From contig QPGO01000021.1 in assembly GCA_008632985.1 (NCBI GenBank), positions 62,001-126,000 of the forward strand: a stretch of DNA of 64,000 nucleotides, written 5' to 3'. Positions 24,269-36,747 of this stretch are shown here, piece by piece. The position numbers were made by a program, and so were the translations under genes. Origin of the DNA: Psammoneis japonica. Lineage: Eukaryota. Positions within the stretch are counted from its first letter, which is position 1; each line of letters starts with the position of its first letter. The notes beneath the pieces were generated by a model, which did not search any database, was not told the origin of the DNA, and saw only the letters and a list, made by a program, of their open reading frames with translations.

Positions 24269-27200
24269 TCAGTGGCCCCAATGCTTGCTGAGGATGTCAG
24301 CCGGGTTGCGAGAGCCTTTGATAAAATGAAACTCGAGGAATCCGGAGGCAATCGCCTCACGCACACGATGGAACGAGAGGGTGGTGTGTCGCTTGTGCAA
24401 CTTGGAGTGCGGGATGGTGGCACTGTCCACAACCGACTTGTTGTCCCCAAACATGCAACATGTTTCACGAATGGGGATGCCAAGGTGACGCAAAGTGATG
24501 CGCAGATCAATGATCTGCTCAACACATGTCCTTGCGGCAACAAACTCTGATCCATGCGTGGCAGTCTCGACTGTTGCTTGTTTCTCAGAGAACCAATCAG
24601 CCAAGAAACTTGTTGAGGAAATGGAGGATGCCAGTGACAGAGCACCCAGTGAGCATGCAATGGAACAAGTTCACATCAACGTGGTGTGTGGTGGTGACGA
24701 ACTTGCCAAGTGGCTCGGGCGCATCTTGTGGGAGCAGCTCTTCTACCTCCCCACACACAGATTGAGCCCAGTCATGCACAGGCTTGGGGAGGTCCAAACA
24801 GTCGGGCTCCTCAGCGCGCACTCGGAGGGCACCATGATGCATCTTGGAAAGGAATCCACAGATGCATTTGGCACGGTCCAGGTGGCCTTGGCAGGGCACT
24901 GCACGGAAGCTGGACAGGGACATGACAGCCGCAGTGATGTCAATTCGACCCAGAGATGCGGCCCATTGCAGGGATCCAATCAAGGATTGGAATTGGTGGA
25001 TGCCATCCGGTTTGAGTAACTCGGAAGTGTCGAGCTCAGGGTGGTCACCCTTGTCAAGGGGTGAAAGCACATCAGTGCACGGCTTCTCCCCAAAGAGGCA
25101 CGCGCAGTTGTCAACCATGCGCTCAATGTGCTTGCGGGGAGCAAGGCACAGGGTGCCATCTGGGTCACGGGTGAAGTTGCAGCCAAGATGGAACTCCAAT
25201 GGTCCAGTGCCCTTGAGCTTGAACTTGCACTTCTCCGTGAGGGTGTCTGCAAAAGCCTGGGGGTCCTTCATGGCAAAGGCCAGGTCGTCCACATGCACTG
25301 CCACGCGTTTGCAGTGGTCACCATTCCTGCACAGCCAGATGTCGGGTTTGGCCTTGCATGGAAAGAAGCCTTCGGCACACAAGCAATCGGCAAAGCGTTC
25401 ATGCCATCTGAGTCCGGAGCTGCGGAGTCCACACAAAGCCTTGTGGATGACAAGGATGTGTCCTTCCAGGTCACCAAACTCGGGGCCTGCTGCCATGTGC
25501 AGTTTCTCCTTGGTCACAGCTTCAAGGCAGGTGCTCCCAATGTCAGTGGCCCAGGTCTCTAGTTTGTTGAGTTCGGCCAGGAAGATCATCATTCGCAGGC
25601 CACAAAGAGACACTGCTCCAGAATGGACACTGTCAACGGGCACGTCTCTGAGGTGTCCATTGGCAACAAGCCTTGCTTTGTGCCGTCCGTCATGTTTGAC
25701 GTCGTAGACGAGGTGCACCCGGATCTTCTTGTGTCCTGATGGAGCACTGGAATCCTTGTGGTGTCCGCAGTCATGGAAGACCTCGCACTCATCAAGCTGA
25801 GTCATCTCGAGGTCTGTTGTGTCTCCCCACTTGCAGTTGCGCTCATCAAGGGCCATGGCATGCTTGCAGTCCTGTGGCACTTCACACCCGCACTTGCATT
25901 GTGGCGTGGTGCGAAAGGAGCGTAACTTGGCTTGGTTGGCCATGCAGAGTGGCTTCTTCTGGCAAAGGGCCATCTTGCGAAAACGTCTCCATCCTTCGGT
26001 TTCTAGAAGGCCGTGCTCATGCATGTAGATGGCACAGGTTGCAGGGTCGTCCTTGGCAATGATGACAAGGGGTTCGGACGTGATCTCCCCATTCTCCCAT
26101 TCAAGCATGACGTTGCAGCTTGAGCCTTTCCAAGATGGATCATGGGGTTGCAATGGTCCTTCGTGTGACACAATGCATTGGAACTTCCAGAGGGTGGTGT
26201 CCTCGTCTTCTTGCTCAATGTGGTGCATGATGTCATTGCAGGCTGGGACTTCCTTGCATTCGTCATTGTTGATGGAGCAAATGAACTTGACCAGTTCAGG
26301 GTTGCCTCCGATTTTCCAGTCGTGGTCCTCAACGGCGTTGACAATGCGGGCTCTGTGGCGTTGGCCATCCTCTTGTGGCTTCATGAGGAAGGTGCATCCA
26401 ATGACATCCTTGGGGTCAAAGACTGGCATTTTGGGCATTCTGATCGCCTCCCCATCTGGTGAATCTGGCAAATCCTCGTAGTCGTGCCGGGATTTAATGA
26501 CAGGGTCAGCAGATTTCTTGTCAGGAGGATCAAGACACAGGTTTGGAGCAGACGGATCATGGGCAGAGCGCATGTTGGAATGGCAGAGAATCTTCTGAGT
26601 GTCGTCAGAAAGAATCTTGAACATCATTTGGTGACCAACGTGTTTGGCGATGCCAACGAAGCGACCACGCAATTCACGGGATTCAGACGGCCAGTTGGAA
26701 TCATCCAGGTGGCAGCACACGGGTTCCCACCATTGAAAGCGGAGGAGTGGGCTGATGTTGGGAGTGGAGCTGGACAGCACCTCGGTGGGGGTGCGCCAGT
26801 GGAGCTTGGCTGATGCCATGTGGTTGAGCACAAAGCACACGTGCATCAGGGCGAGCAGCCAGGTGTAAGCCGGGGACCCAAAGCGATCCATGATGGTGTT
26901 GGCCATGGTCTTCACAGTTTGGTGGCAGTGTTCAGCAAAATTCTGATGCTGGTGGTGAGGCTCGCTTTGCCAACTAGAGATGAAGAGGGTGCGGAGGATG
27001 CCAAGAACCTTGTTGCTGATTTCAACCTGAGCACGGTCGCTGATGAGCTTGGATGGGGCACCTCAGTTGCGAATGTTGTCCTCGAGGGTGTTGACAAATT
27101 CTTTGTCAGTTTTGGTGCCATGCACATCAGTGACGAGAGATTCCATGCCGACAAAGAGCTGGGCACTGGCGCAACCAGAGTCAACAGCAGGGGTGTTGGA

Positions 27201-28577
27201 GCAGACCGTGTCGGTGGCAACGGGCTCATTGCGTCGGTGGACATTGAGAGCCGGGTTGGGTGATTTGTGCGCCTTTTTCAGGTGCGTGCTGGCTGGCATG
27301 CGGGTGCACTGCGTCGTGCAATCAAAAGTGCGGCGGACAGTGTCCTTTGGGAGAAAGCCAAAGCAGGGGTGGAGGGACTCAAAGTTGGGATCCTTGGGAT
27401 TGAGTTGACGCGTTCCAGCCCCAGGTGGGACTCCGTGTGACATTGGGCCTGCAGAATTCTACGTACGAGCTCCGCAGTGCGAGAATTTAATTGATGGATG
27501 TGTTTGTCTTCAACATCAAATAAACGGCCAAGTTTGTGGTGCAATTGTGCCTCTTGCCACTCGACGTCTTTGCAAATGCGCCTGCCCTGCACAATTCTTA
27601 AGACATTGTAGAATCGCGCTGTAACAAAAAATGTCAAAAGTTGTTGGATGGATCGCTCAACAAGTGTGCCGTAAAAATGACACAAAATGTCGAAAAAATC
27701 ACGTGGAAATCTGCGTGCGCGACATGCGACATGATTCAAAAAACTGTCGATGTCACAGTTCAGTGGTGCGAGGTCCCACCCAGACCTGGAACACGTCAGT
27801 TCGCGCTCATGGCATTCACAGAAGAAATCAGATGTTGGGAGCAGGTGATCATCAAGGATGGAGTCTGCAAGCACGGCATTGTTGACGACATGGCGGTGAC
27901 GACAGTCACCAAACTCATCAAAGAGGTTGGTGGTCAAGTCGTCTTGGAGCTCAGACACGGCATCATGCCACTTTTCATCATCGGTGAACTGGCGGTCAAG
28001 GACAGATGGGTCCCATGTGTCATCACCAGTGAGAATGACATGCGGCAGAGTGTCCCATTCAGCATCGGTGTGCAGTCGCATGGCAACGCACGGGAGGCTG
28101 GCTTCAATGTTGATGGGAATGATGCATCCGTCAACAGTGGTGATGCACTGCAGACCATTGGGAACCTTGATGGACCGATCGTTGACATCGTGTTTTGCAC
28201 CGCTCGAGCTGGCCGCAAGAGTGCATCGTCTTCCCCTTTCCAGTGCAGGTGCACTGGTGAAGGATGGCAATGGCAGGGCCACATTGCGTGTGGATGACAC
28301 CACCGGCAGTGACAACAGGAATGTTGACCAGTTGATGATCGTCGACACCTTGGACACAAACATCATCACCAGCGACACCACCGTTTGCACCACGATCCAT
28401 GAGAGCACCTTTGCGAGTTGACTTGTGGGTCAAGGCAGAGCAGACGATGTTGTGGTTGTTGACGCGATGGCATTTGTGGCCGTTGATCTCAATGTCAATG
28501 TCAATGGGCTTCGCATCGGAGTGGACGGAAGGTGCGGATCCGGGTGGTTTCTCACCAGAACAGGCGGAAGGAGGCAT
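24269..28577 (-). pseudogene. copia pol (protease, integrase, RT, RNase H), frameshifted and MITE-interrupted
   Basis: Motifs LMDRGANGG, EPVATDTV, HKARLVA, KALCGLRSSG, VHVDD, VETATHGSEF, MFGDNKSV and NPADILSK. Confidence 0.92.
27407..27797. mobile_element. 391-bp MITE inserted in copia pol (4-bp TSD AGTT)
   Basis: Imperfect TIRs GACG(C/T)GTTCCAG....GGTGGGAC; AGTT at 27403-27406 and 27798-27801. Excising the element restores the pol frame (...HERELNPKDP...). Confidence 0.88.
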
Positions 28578-28894
28578 TCAGGTGCCAGGAGACATTGCAA
28601 GTTGCCTGGTGGCAGAGGCTTGCGCCTGGTGAGATGAGCCAGAATGGGGTTGCCATTGGCTGCATCGGCTGTGGCGTCAGATTGTGCGGAGGCTGACACA
28701 AGATTGTGAGTGTTGGCGGACAAGTTGACATCGCCATCGCTGCCAATGCGGAGGTCGTGCATGTTGACCGCCATCGAGTCGTGGCAGTTGGCAAGAATGA
28801 TGGCCTTGGTGGATTGGGGCAAGGTGTCCCAAATGCACTGATGGTCCGGCAGGATGCGACGCCATTGTTCCTTGGTGAGGGAATTGCCGCGAGT

Positions 28895-30079
28895 TCACGC
28901 AGCATGAGCTTGGATGATGTCAACATCACCGTCGATGTCGAAGGATGCATCATCATCAGGGTCGTCAGGGACCAGGTCATGTTCGTAGATGGCACGGCGT
29001 GGAGCGCGAGGAGCCGTCTTGGCGGTGAACGTGCTGTCGTGCTGTGCTGCAGCAGAAAGCAAAAGTCCACAGTGCTCCTCGCAAGAGAGTCCCTTGCCAT
29101 TCTGCATGTGGAGCTGATCGGCCTGATTCTTCACCGAACAGAGTTCCTCGACAGGATGTGCGGCGTTCTCAAGCATGACATGTTTCTGGCCAGCAGAAAA
29201 ATGGTCTGCACCTGGGACAAGAGCTTCATGCTTGCGGAGCTGGTCCTGCCAGTGGAGCATGAAGGCATGAGTGGAACCTTTCCAGGTGCCATCACCAAGG
29301 CGAGCAGTGGCAAGGTACGTGAGAAGGGTCGAGGACTCCAGGGATGCGCGAGTGGAAGCAAGGGCATGCTTGGAAAGGTCACGACACACCGCTTGAGCAT
29401 CAGAGGAGCTGACGTGTTGACGAACAAGAGCCTTGCCTTTGTCATTCTGCAAGATCCGTTCGAGTGCGGCGAACATGTGCTTCTGTTGTTCAGCAAACAA
29501 GGCCTTGTCCTCAGCTGTGGAGGGCTTGTGCGTCGGGTCAAGAATGCGTGCGACATCTTGGGAGCGGGCCTGTGCAATGATGGAGGTGTGCCACGTGTGC
29601 CACTGTTTGTCGGACTTGAGGAGTGCGAAGGTGAGTGGGTCACGTTTGATGCCTTGTTTAAAGTCATGCATGGGATCACGTGGTTTGGGTGGCAACAAGC
29701 CAGGAGTGGGAGCAGATGGTGCTTTGCCCATGGAGAGGGACGCCACATGCTCAGGACTAAGACGACAGTTGGTGAACTCCTCTTGTGTGAACAATTGAGG
29801 GTCATTGCTGACATCCGCGCTGCCACGCGCTTTTGCCATGTACCGGCTAATCAACGCAGCTGTCTGTGCTTTGTAACCACGTGGCAAAGGCATTTGATTG
29901 GTTCCGTTGTTGCACACAAGGGCATCCAATTGCATCGGAGTAAAAGTGACAAGGTCCTGATGCAAATCGATTCCATCAATGTTGAGAGCAGAGCACAATG
30001 GACTGTCTGCGGCTTGATTCAGAACAGTGCCTAGAATGTGCTCGAGGCCATCGATTTGTTGTTGCCTGGTGAGAACCAT
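28895..30079 (-). pseudogene. copia gag
   Basis: The 394-aa ORF contains FKQGIKRD...W..W, typical of diatom copia gag, and lies upstream of the protease. Confidence 0.8.
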
Positions 30080-30891
30080 GTTGCAACCAGGTGGATGTCG
30101 GAACTGGCTGGAGTCGGAGGGTGAGCTTGAGGTAACTTGAAACTTGACTTGAATCTTGACTTGATGTCTTGGACCACCTCAAGAGTCAGAAGCCGCCGGG
30201 CTGTGATGTCCCGTTCGCAGTTGAGTGCTGAGCTTCCTGTCTGGTCTGCAGAGTTGTGCCGGCATGTCCGAACCTGCAGCTGGCAACGCTTTTGGTTGCT
30301 TGAGAGCGGAGCAACGGGTTAAAAACCCCTGCTGACAAGCCAACTGGAGGTGGACAAGACCTCCGAACCATTCTCATTTTATGTCGGTTGGATGACCTGA
30401 TCAGGCCGGCCAAATTTGGCACTGTGGAGGGACGAACAAATGCAGGAAATGCACCCTTGCCCCAACGTGGGCTGTGGTCATGAATTGCTTCCTCTCACAG
30501 TTGTCCTCATGGACCTTGCAGGACTGTAGAAGACCAGCAATCTGGTGTGGATACGAGGCGGTAGACTTGGCGTGCGCAGAGCAGAGCCAGAGTCAGGGAT
30601 TTATGTCATGTGCGCGTGAACGCGTGCGGATGCATTGGTGGGATCCGCTGTGAGGAATCCGGAATCTCAGATGTCTGAGAATTCAGGAATTCCTGGCCAA
30701 ACAAATGTCTGTTGAACAAATGTGTCCAACGATGGGAGGTGTCGGATAAATCCAAACATGCAGATTTAATCCAGCATCCAGCAGTGAAGAAGGCAGACAC
30801 ATGCTTCCACCGCCAACAGTGCGCGTCGTCGAAAATTTCTCGATGACAATGATGAACACTCAGTGGACAACAAAGAGCAAGACTGTCAATC

Positions 30892-31136
30892 TGACAGAAA
30901 ATGAAGATGACTGGGTGGAAGAAAACAACAACTCCTCACTGCTGTCTAAATGGCAGATGAGTCTCCGTGCAGAGACTGTTGCAGGAGCCGAAAGACTGGT
31001 GTCGTGATGTTGGTGCCACTGTTGTCATTCTTGTGAGCCATGTGGCTCAAAAGCAAACTGCATCGCGCGACGAGCGTGGAACTAAGAGCACACACAATCA
31101 TGTGTGACAAACCAAAATCTTGTTCAAATCCTGTCA
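30892..31136 (-). repeat. 5' LTR of copia element
   Basis: Gapless match to 23917-24161; followed by the TSD GCATC. Confidence 0.95.
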
Positions 31137-32568
31137 GCATCACTGCCAGACAGTCAGTCTTTGGCACTCCACCAAGTTTGCCCAGATTGGAGGCAATGTG
31201 TCACTTCATCACACAACTTGCACTTGCGTGAGCTTGGTGTGGTTGCCCCAATTGCCTGTTTGCCTTTTTCATCATCTGGGTTGCTGTTGCTGTTTGGAGG
31301 TCATCTTCTGGACAACACCGCTGTCACTGGGTGGAGTTGCTGTGGGTTCTGCAGACCTTGTCCCAAGTGTCCTGGGATGTTGCATTCCACCTTGTGGTCA
31401 CAAAAAGAAGCAAGTTGGTGCCTCGTCAAGTGCAGACTGCAGCTCAGTGCTGGCTGCCTGTTGCACTGCACACCACTCACAAGAAATCATGAAGAGGTGT
31501 GCTGCTGGCTCTGGCTTTTTGGCCACTGTGGCTGCTCCACACGGTCATCAAGATTGCACCTCTTTGGGGTGTGGAGCTTGTGCAAGAAGCAGCATTGCGA
31601 ACGCACAGGGCGCACACAAAGCACTGTGAGTTTGTGCCTCTTGTGAGCCCCCACAGCACTTGCTCTTGCAGGTGTGAAGAAGGCATCCCAGAGTGGCCTT
31701 GAATGACCCAAGAGCACTTTTGGCAGGTGGGTGCTAAAGTGCCCTGGGGTGCCAACTGGAGGGAGACATCATCAAATTCCACCAGGGTGAGCTGCCCCCC
31801 AGTGAGGTCCCCTGTAACCTTGCAGGTGCTGTGACCCCAAAAGGCTGAGTGAGCTGGGCCCACTGCTGCAGCTGGGCAGGTGGGGGGGCACCTGGCACAG
31901 CACTTGCACCTGCCTTCATCTGCTGCATTTTGACCACAGCAGTGTGCAGTTCTGGCAATTGGCAAGTCACAACTTGACACCACTGCCACTTGCCCTTGTG
32001 GGGGCCCTGGGCCATTTTGCAGTTGTCTTTGCACCAGAACAAAAAAAATCCTGTGTTGGCTTGGCACACCCCCCTTGGTGCAGATCCCTTGCTGCTGCAG
32101 TGTGACAACTTCAATGTCTTTCCATGACTGGAGAGCTGCTTTGCTTGTGCTTTTCTGGCAGCAGGCAGAGAGGTGGCAGCGCCTGCTCCAGCTCCTCCTG
32201 GCACGCAGTCCTCAGTGGCGCTGGCAGCATGGGTGCTTTTGGGAGGTGGCAGGGGCATGCTTGTGCCATGGGTTCCAGCAGCAAGTTTTGCCCTGGCAGC
32301 ATCCAAGCACCAGCACCAGCCAGTGCAGCACTGAGATGAAGTGATGTGCTCCAGCCCCAGGTGGAACTCCACATGACACAGGCCCAAAGAATTCTGCACA
32401 CAAGCTGTGGACACATGAATGATCACCAACAAAAAAGAGGCAATTTTGTGGGTGCAACTCTCCTCTGCTCTTGAAGCACTTCATTTCTGGTTTGCCTAGG
32501 TGCATTTTTCAAACATTGAAAAATGTGCCCAGCCCATTTCAGCTTTCACAAATGAAGAAAATAAAAGC

Positions 32569-32813
32569 TTTTGGCTTTGCAAAACAGGGAGCATGAGGAA
32601 ACAATGTTGCAGACAAAGATCACATGCAGAAACACATGCGCGTGACACGCAGCGCCATCCAAAAACCTCTTGTGTCACAGCACAGTGGTGCCTTTTGGCT
32701 TTGCAAAACAGGGAGCATCAGGAAACAAAGCAGCAAACACAAAGATCACATGCAGAAACACAAGCGCATGACATGCAGTGCTGTCTAAAAACCTCTCGTG
32801 TCACAGCACAGTG
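32569..32813. repeat. Tandem duplication of ~120 bp
   Basis: TTTTGGCTTTGCAAAACAGGGAGCAT...GTGTCACAGCACAGTG occurs twice. Confidence 0.85.
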
Positions 32814-32957
32814 ACGCAAGGTCCTGCCTGGAGCCAGAGCACGTCAGGCATGCTTGTTTCCCCCTGGCCTGCTGCTGGCTGCTGCTGAGCATTCACACTG
32901 TGCAGGCAGCTTGTGAGAAGCAGCGGCCGTTGCTCTGGAGCTCGTGCAAGAGAGCGC

Positions 32958-33522
32958 TCAAATTGTTTGGGAGGTGAGAGTGACCTCAACGGTTGGACAG
33001 GGTGGGTCATTTTGATGACTCATCTGCTGCAGGTTGAGAGAGACTTCTCGTCAAATTGCGCGAGCTGGGTCATCGCACGTGCAAGCAACAAGCAAGCAAA
33101 ATCTCATGGCAAAAAGAAAAGTTGCTGCGAAACTCTGGCGAAACTGCGAACTGCGGCGAGAAATGTCATCCGCGAACTGCGAAGACGACTGATCAAAGCG
33201 ACATGTTTTCGTGCAAACTGCACTCAAAGCGCAAGCAAAAGAACAAAAATAAATCTACTCTAGAGTAGAGAGTGGCATTCAAATTGTTTGGGAGGTGAGA
33301 GTGACACCACCACGGTTGGACCATGGGTCACGATAGGTGGTCATCGCACGAGCGCGCAAGAACTACCAACTTGAAACAACTTGAAACTCGCGGGAAAAAA
33401 GAAGCTGCGAAATAATAACCGCGAACTGCTGCCAAATAACGGCGAACTGCAAAGACGACACTGATCAAAGCGACTTGTTTTCGTGCACACTGCACTCAAA
33501 GCAAAAGAACATGACAAATAAA
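32958..33522. repeat. Diverged tandem duplication (~250-300 bp unit) straddling the right edge of island 2
   Basis: TCAAATTGTTTGGGAGGTGAGAGTGAC at 32958 and 33279; both copies share GGTCATCGCACG and CTGATCAAAGCGAC...CTGCACTCAAAGC. Confidence 0.8.
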
Positions 33523-33724
33523 GTGGCTTTGGACAAGCATGATCTTCCAGCTTTACCTGCACTCGTAATGAAGAAAAACCGAACACAAGTACACAGCACC
33601 GCTGTGGCAAGTCCCCAGCGATGAAACTAAATCGTAGAACTTTGGCAATGTTCTACAAAAATCGTTCTCAGCTTGGTTTCAAAATCCTCTCATAAAAATC
33701 AAAGCGTGAAACGCACGAGACAAG

Positions 33725-34821
33725 ATGAAAATGAGTCGCAGTTGCCTCCTAGTCCTTTCCACTCTGCTTTGGATTGGAGCTGAGCGCGCTGTCGCGAACG
33801 AAGCGCCTACGTGTGGTGAACCATCATACAACAAGCGAAAGGACAGGGCTGTTTTCCTGTGGAGGAAGTGTTTTTCCGATCAGTGGTATTTGGAAGCGGC
33901 TGGTGGGAGACAGCCTGTGGCAGTCAATGCCAGCCTAGAGCGGATACATCCGACATTGCGATCAGCAAGAAGGCCGTTGGGATTGAGTTGAACAAGGACT
34001 TCATCATCAATGTCCCAAGGAAGAAGAAGGATGGATTCAATTTCCTTGTCAAGAATGACGGGAGTGGATGTTTGACCATCAAGTCGCCGGAAGACATTCC
34101 CCTCTACGTTGGAAAGAACCGCGTGGAGTTCTCTAAGTCCATCAGTGTCCCGGGCCTCAAGCCGTGCGATGGACCGCTGCTCGAATACCGCTTCGACACT
34201 TCAAGCACCCTTTACAAAGACTCAGGAGTGAAAGGATGGGATGGTGCGACAGCAGGGCGAGGCAGGATTTATTACACCAGTTTAGGTTACTCGAGATATG
34301 GCGCCTCCCTTGATGGGAGGGATGATCACATGATAATCCCAGAGTCGAAAGATTTGAATATGGAAAAGTACACCTTCATGACATGGGTTCGGTACTCGGA
34401 TAATTCGAGACCCGACGACCAGGTTTATGCTCTTATCCAGAAAACAGGAGCTCTTTGGTTCAGCATTCACAAGGAACAGCATACGCTCAGGGCGGGGGGT
34501 AAATTTGGTGGCTGCACCAAGGATGACAATTTCCAGTTGAAAGGGATCAATCCCATTCCAACTGACACGTGGACCCACGTTGCTGTAACCAATGACCGAA
34601 ATACGATGAAGGTTTATATCAATGGAGAGTTGGATGTAGAGGGAGACATCGCAAGCCCCGGAGACTATTGTAAAACTCAGGCGCCCTTTAACATAGGCTC
34701 CGGATTAGGAGAGACCCGGGCATCAGATATGCACTTCCTTAAAGGATACATGGACACGGTTCGCATCTATGACAAGGCTCTCCCTCAGGATGAAATCCGT
34801 GCCGAAATGCATCGCCATTAG
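33725..34821 (+). CDS. Secreted protein with C-terminal LamG/concanavalin A-like domain
   Basis: Signal peptide MKMSRSCLLVLSTLLWIG...; one frame change near 33945; YTFMTWVR, TWTHVAVT, VYINGEL and GYMDTVRIYDKAL are LamG_3-type motifs. Confidence 0.8.
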
Positions 34822-36747
34822 ACTTTGGAGGTATCCTGTAACGGACTACGGATCAAATTTAGTATCTTGTAAAATTTAATACTTTTACAGTCACCTCACG
34901 ATACTTCAAGTCCCTGCAATGACAAAGAGGTCTTACGCAAAGGCGGCATGGTCCAAATTGCGAGCTCACATTTTCGTGGCGACATGCCATGCGGCGAGCG
35001 TCTGTCACAATTTGGGGCGGTCTGCGGCGGCTTATGACGGCGGACTTGAAGACGAGCCGGATACGACGGGGCTACTTCAGAATTGAATTTCGGGTCTCTA
35101 TGTCCGTCTTGGTGTCGGAGGTGGCAGAACATAATCAAAAGAACCGGAAAAGTTGAAGACAGAGCATAAAATGATAAAAAAATTATGGTGAAATATCCAT
35201 GGCTAGGGCTACTTTGTCAACATTGCCAGGAATTTTCTTCAAATAATAGTCTGACTCGTCAATAGCCGGCACGACAAACACGGAAGGACAAGTTGTGGCT
35301 TTCCTTGAAACCGAGGAGTTTGTCAAAGTATGTATTGACATTGTAGGCGCCGTACTGTTCTTGAGGTCTCACGAACCGTAGCAATCGTCATTTGAAGAGC
35401 GTATATTCTGCCGTCTGTATGGAAACAGATACAGTCGAACGTTGGGAAGTTTGTTGCGGCCGGTCATGAAAGAAACACGGACAGCACTCTAGCAGGTGCA
35501 TTGGTAGTAGTAACTTTGTTTCATTTAATCACCAGAGGAACCCCCATGCGTAGAATATTCAACGGAGAGCTCGTATTGTTACACAAGCTTCGTACGGTAA
35601 AGGGTCCATCCGCCTGTAAAGTTAGAATGGCACACGCCTCAAGGAGAGCTTCAGCATGCCCTTCTGCGCCAGACCATGGAATCAAATTTTGCCTCGCGGC
35701 TTTCAACGCCGCTCCAGTCTACGGCACGTTTGCTGGCTACCAGGCGCTTGGCATGATGCGAGCTCGAATTGGGGGATGCCTTTTTTTATCCTTCGCCATT
35801 CCAATCTCCACTATCCAAAGAACAAGAACCATCTTTGTGATGGAGGAAGCGTCATCCTGGCTAACAGCGGGCTTAACTTCTTTTAAAACTGGTTGGAATA
35901 GATATCGCGCAACCATGTGCAGCAGGTTCGTTATTACACTCCCTTAGTCGACCCCAACCACAGAGTGGACTCTTGCAGTATCTGCGACGACCGATAATGA
36001 AAGCATCTTCGATATTCTCGATGTAACGATGAGTTATGAGTTCAAGAGTGCTGCTGTGCGTTGTGCGTGATCGATCTTTGAGTGTAATAGTTTCACCCCT
36101 CACCGGTGATCAAAGCCCATTATTTTATTAGGTGATTAAAAATTTCAATGAAGAATGAATATTATGTGCTGTGCACTAATATTGATATTGATACTCTATT
36201 ACGCACATACATAACATTGTTAAAAATGTCGAACCACGAACATGTACTGTATGTAGATAGACCACTGTACTGTAGGTACTTTATTTCCGTGTCACAGACC
36301 AATTTGAACTGATCAGAGGTGGAGCTCATCACGCGGCTCTGCGCTTTCGCTAGCTAGGCAATGACAACGCAGAACGCGGCAGCACAAAACATTGTTGGCT
36401 TTGCGACTCCAAAAGGCAACCAATCAATCATCCATAAGCGCGAAGGAGATAGACATCGCAGGATCTAGAAAGCGCGCTTTCGTGACTTGGAAACTTCCGC
36501 GATCAGGAGGTGCATATGCTTAACCTGTTGTTCCCAAGAAATTCTTGGCAGCTAGAGTCTAGAGTACGTGCGGGGTTACACATACAAGTACTGTGTTGAG
36601 TGTCGCAACTGACGACCTTTCAATCTGCAAATTCAAATTTGATTCGTGGAAGATCAGAACAACATTTTTCGGAAGACCGATCCTCACAAATAACAACTGC
36701 TCGTTATCCCAGCGTTGTCCTCGCATAATAACTACTCGTTCGATACC

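Larger units (their letters stand above)
23917..31136 (-). mobile_element. Full-length, inactivated Ty1/copia LTR retrotransposon (diatom CoDi type)
   Basis: 245-bp LTRs with TGACAG...CTGTCA ends; 5-bp TSD GCATC at 23912-23916 and 31137-31141; PPT (GGGGAG on the minus strand) at 24162-24167. Domain order is gag - PR (DRGANGG) - INT - RT - RNase H. Confidence 0.95.
22400..33250. mobile_element. TpA-depleted island 2: older degenerate repeat sequence with a nested full-length copia element
   Basis: Same dinucleotide signature as island 1. The flanks 22400-23916 and 31137-33250 are unassigned and strongly TA- and CG-depleted. Confidence 0.8.

Noticed and set aside
28706..30034. 442-aa plus-strand ORF, and similar antisense ORFs at 24844-25707 and 896-1828
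   Set aside because: Antisense shadows of gag/pol or of the low-complexity gene.
35300..36110. Short ORFs on both strands (35501-35947 +, 35521-35706 -, 35873-36103 -)
   Set aside because: No recognisable motif or consistent gene structure; possibly a decayed gene but unsupported.
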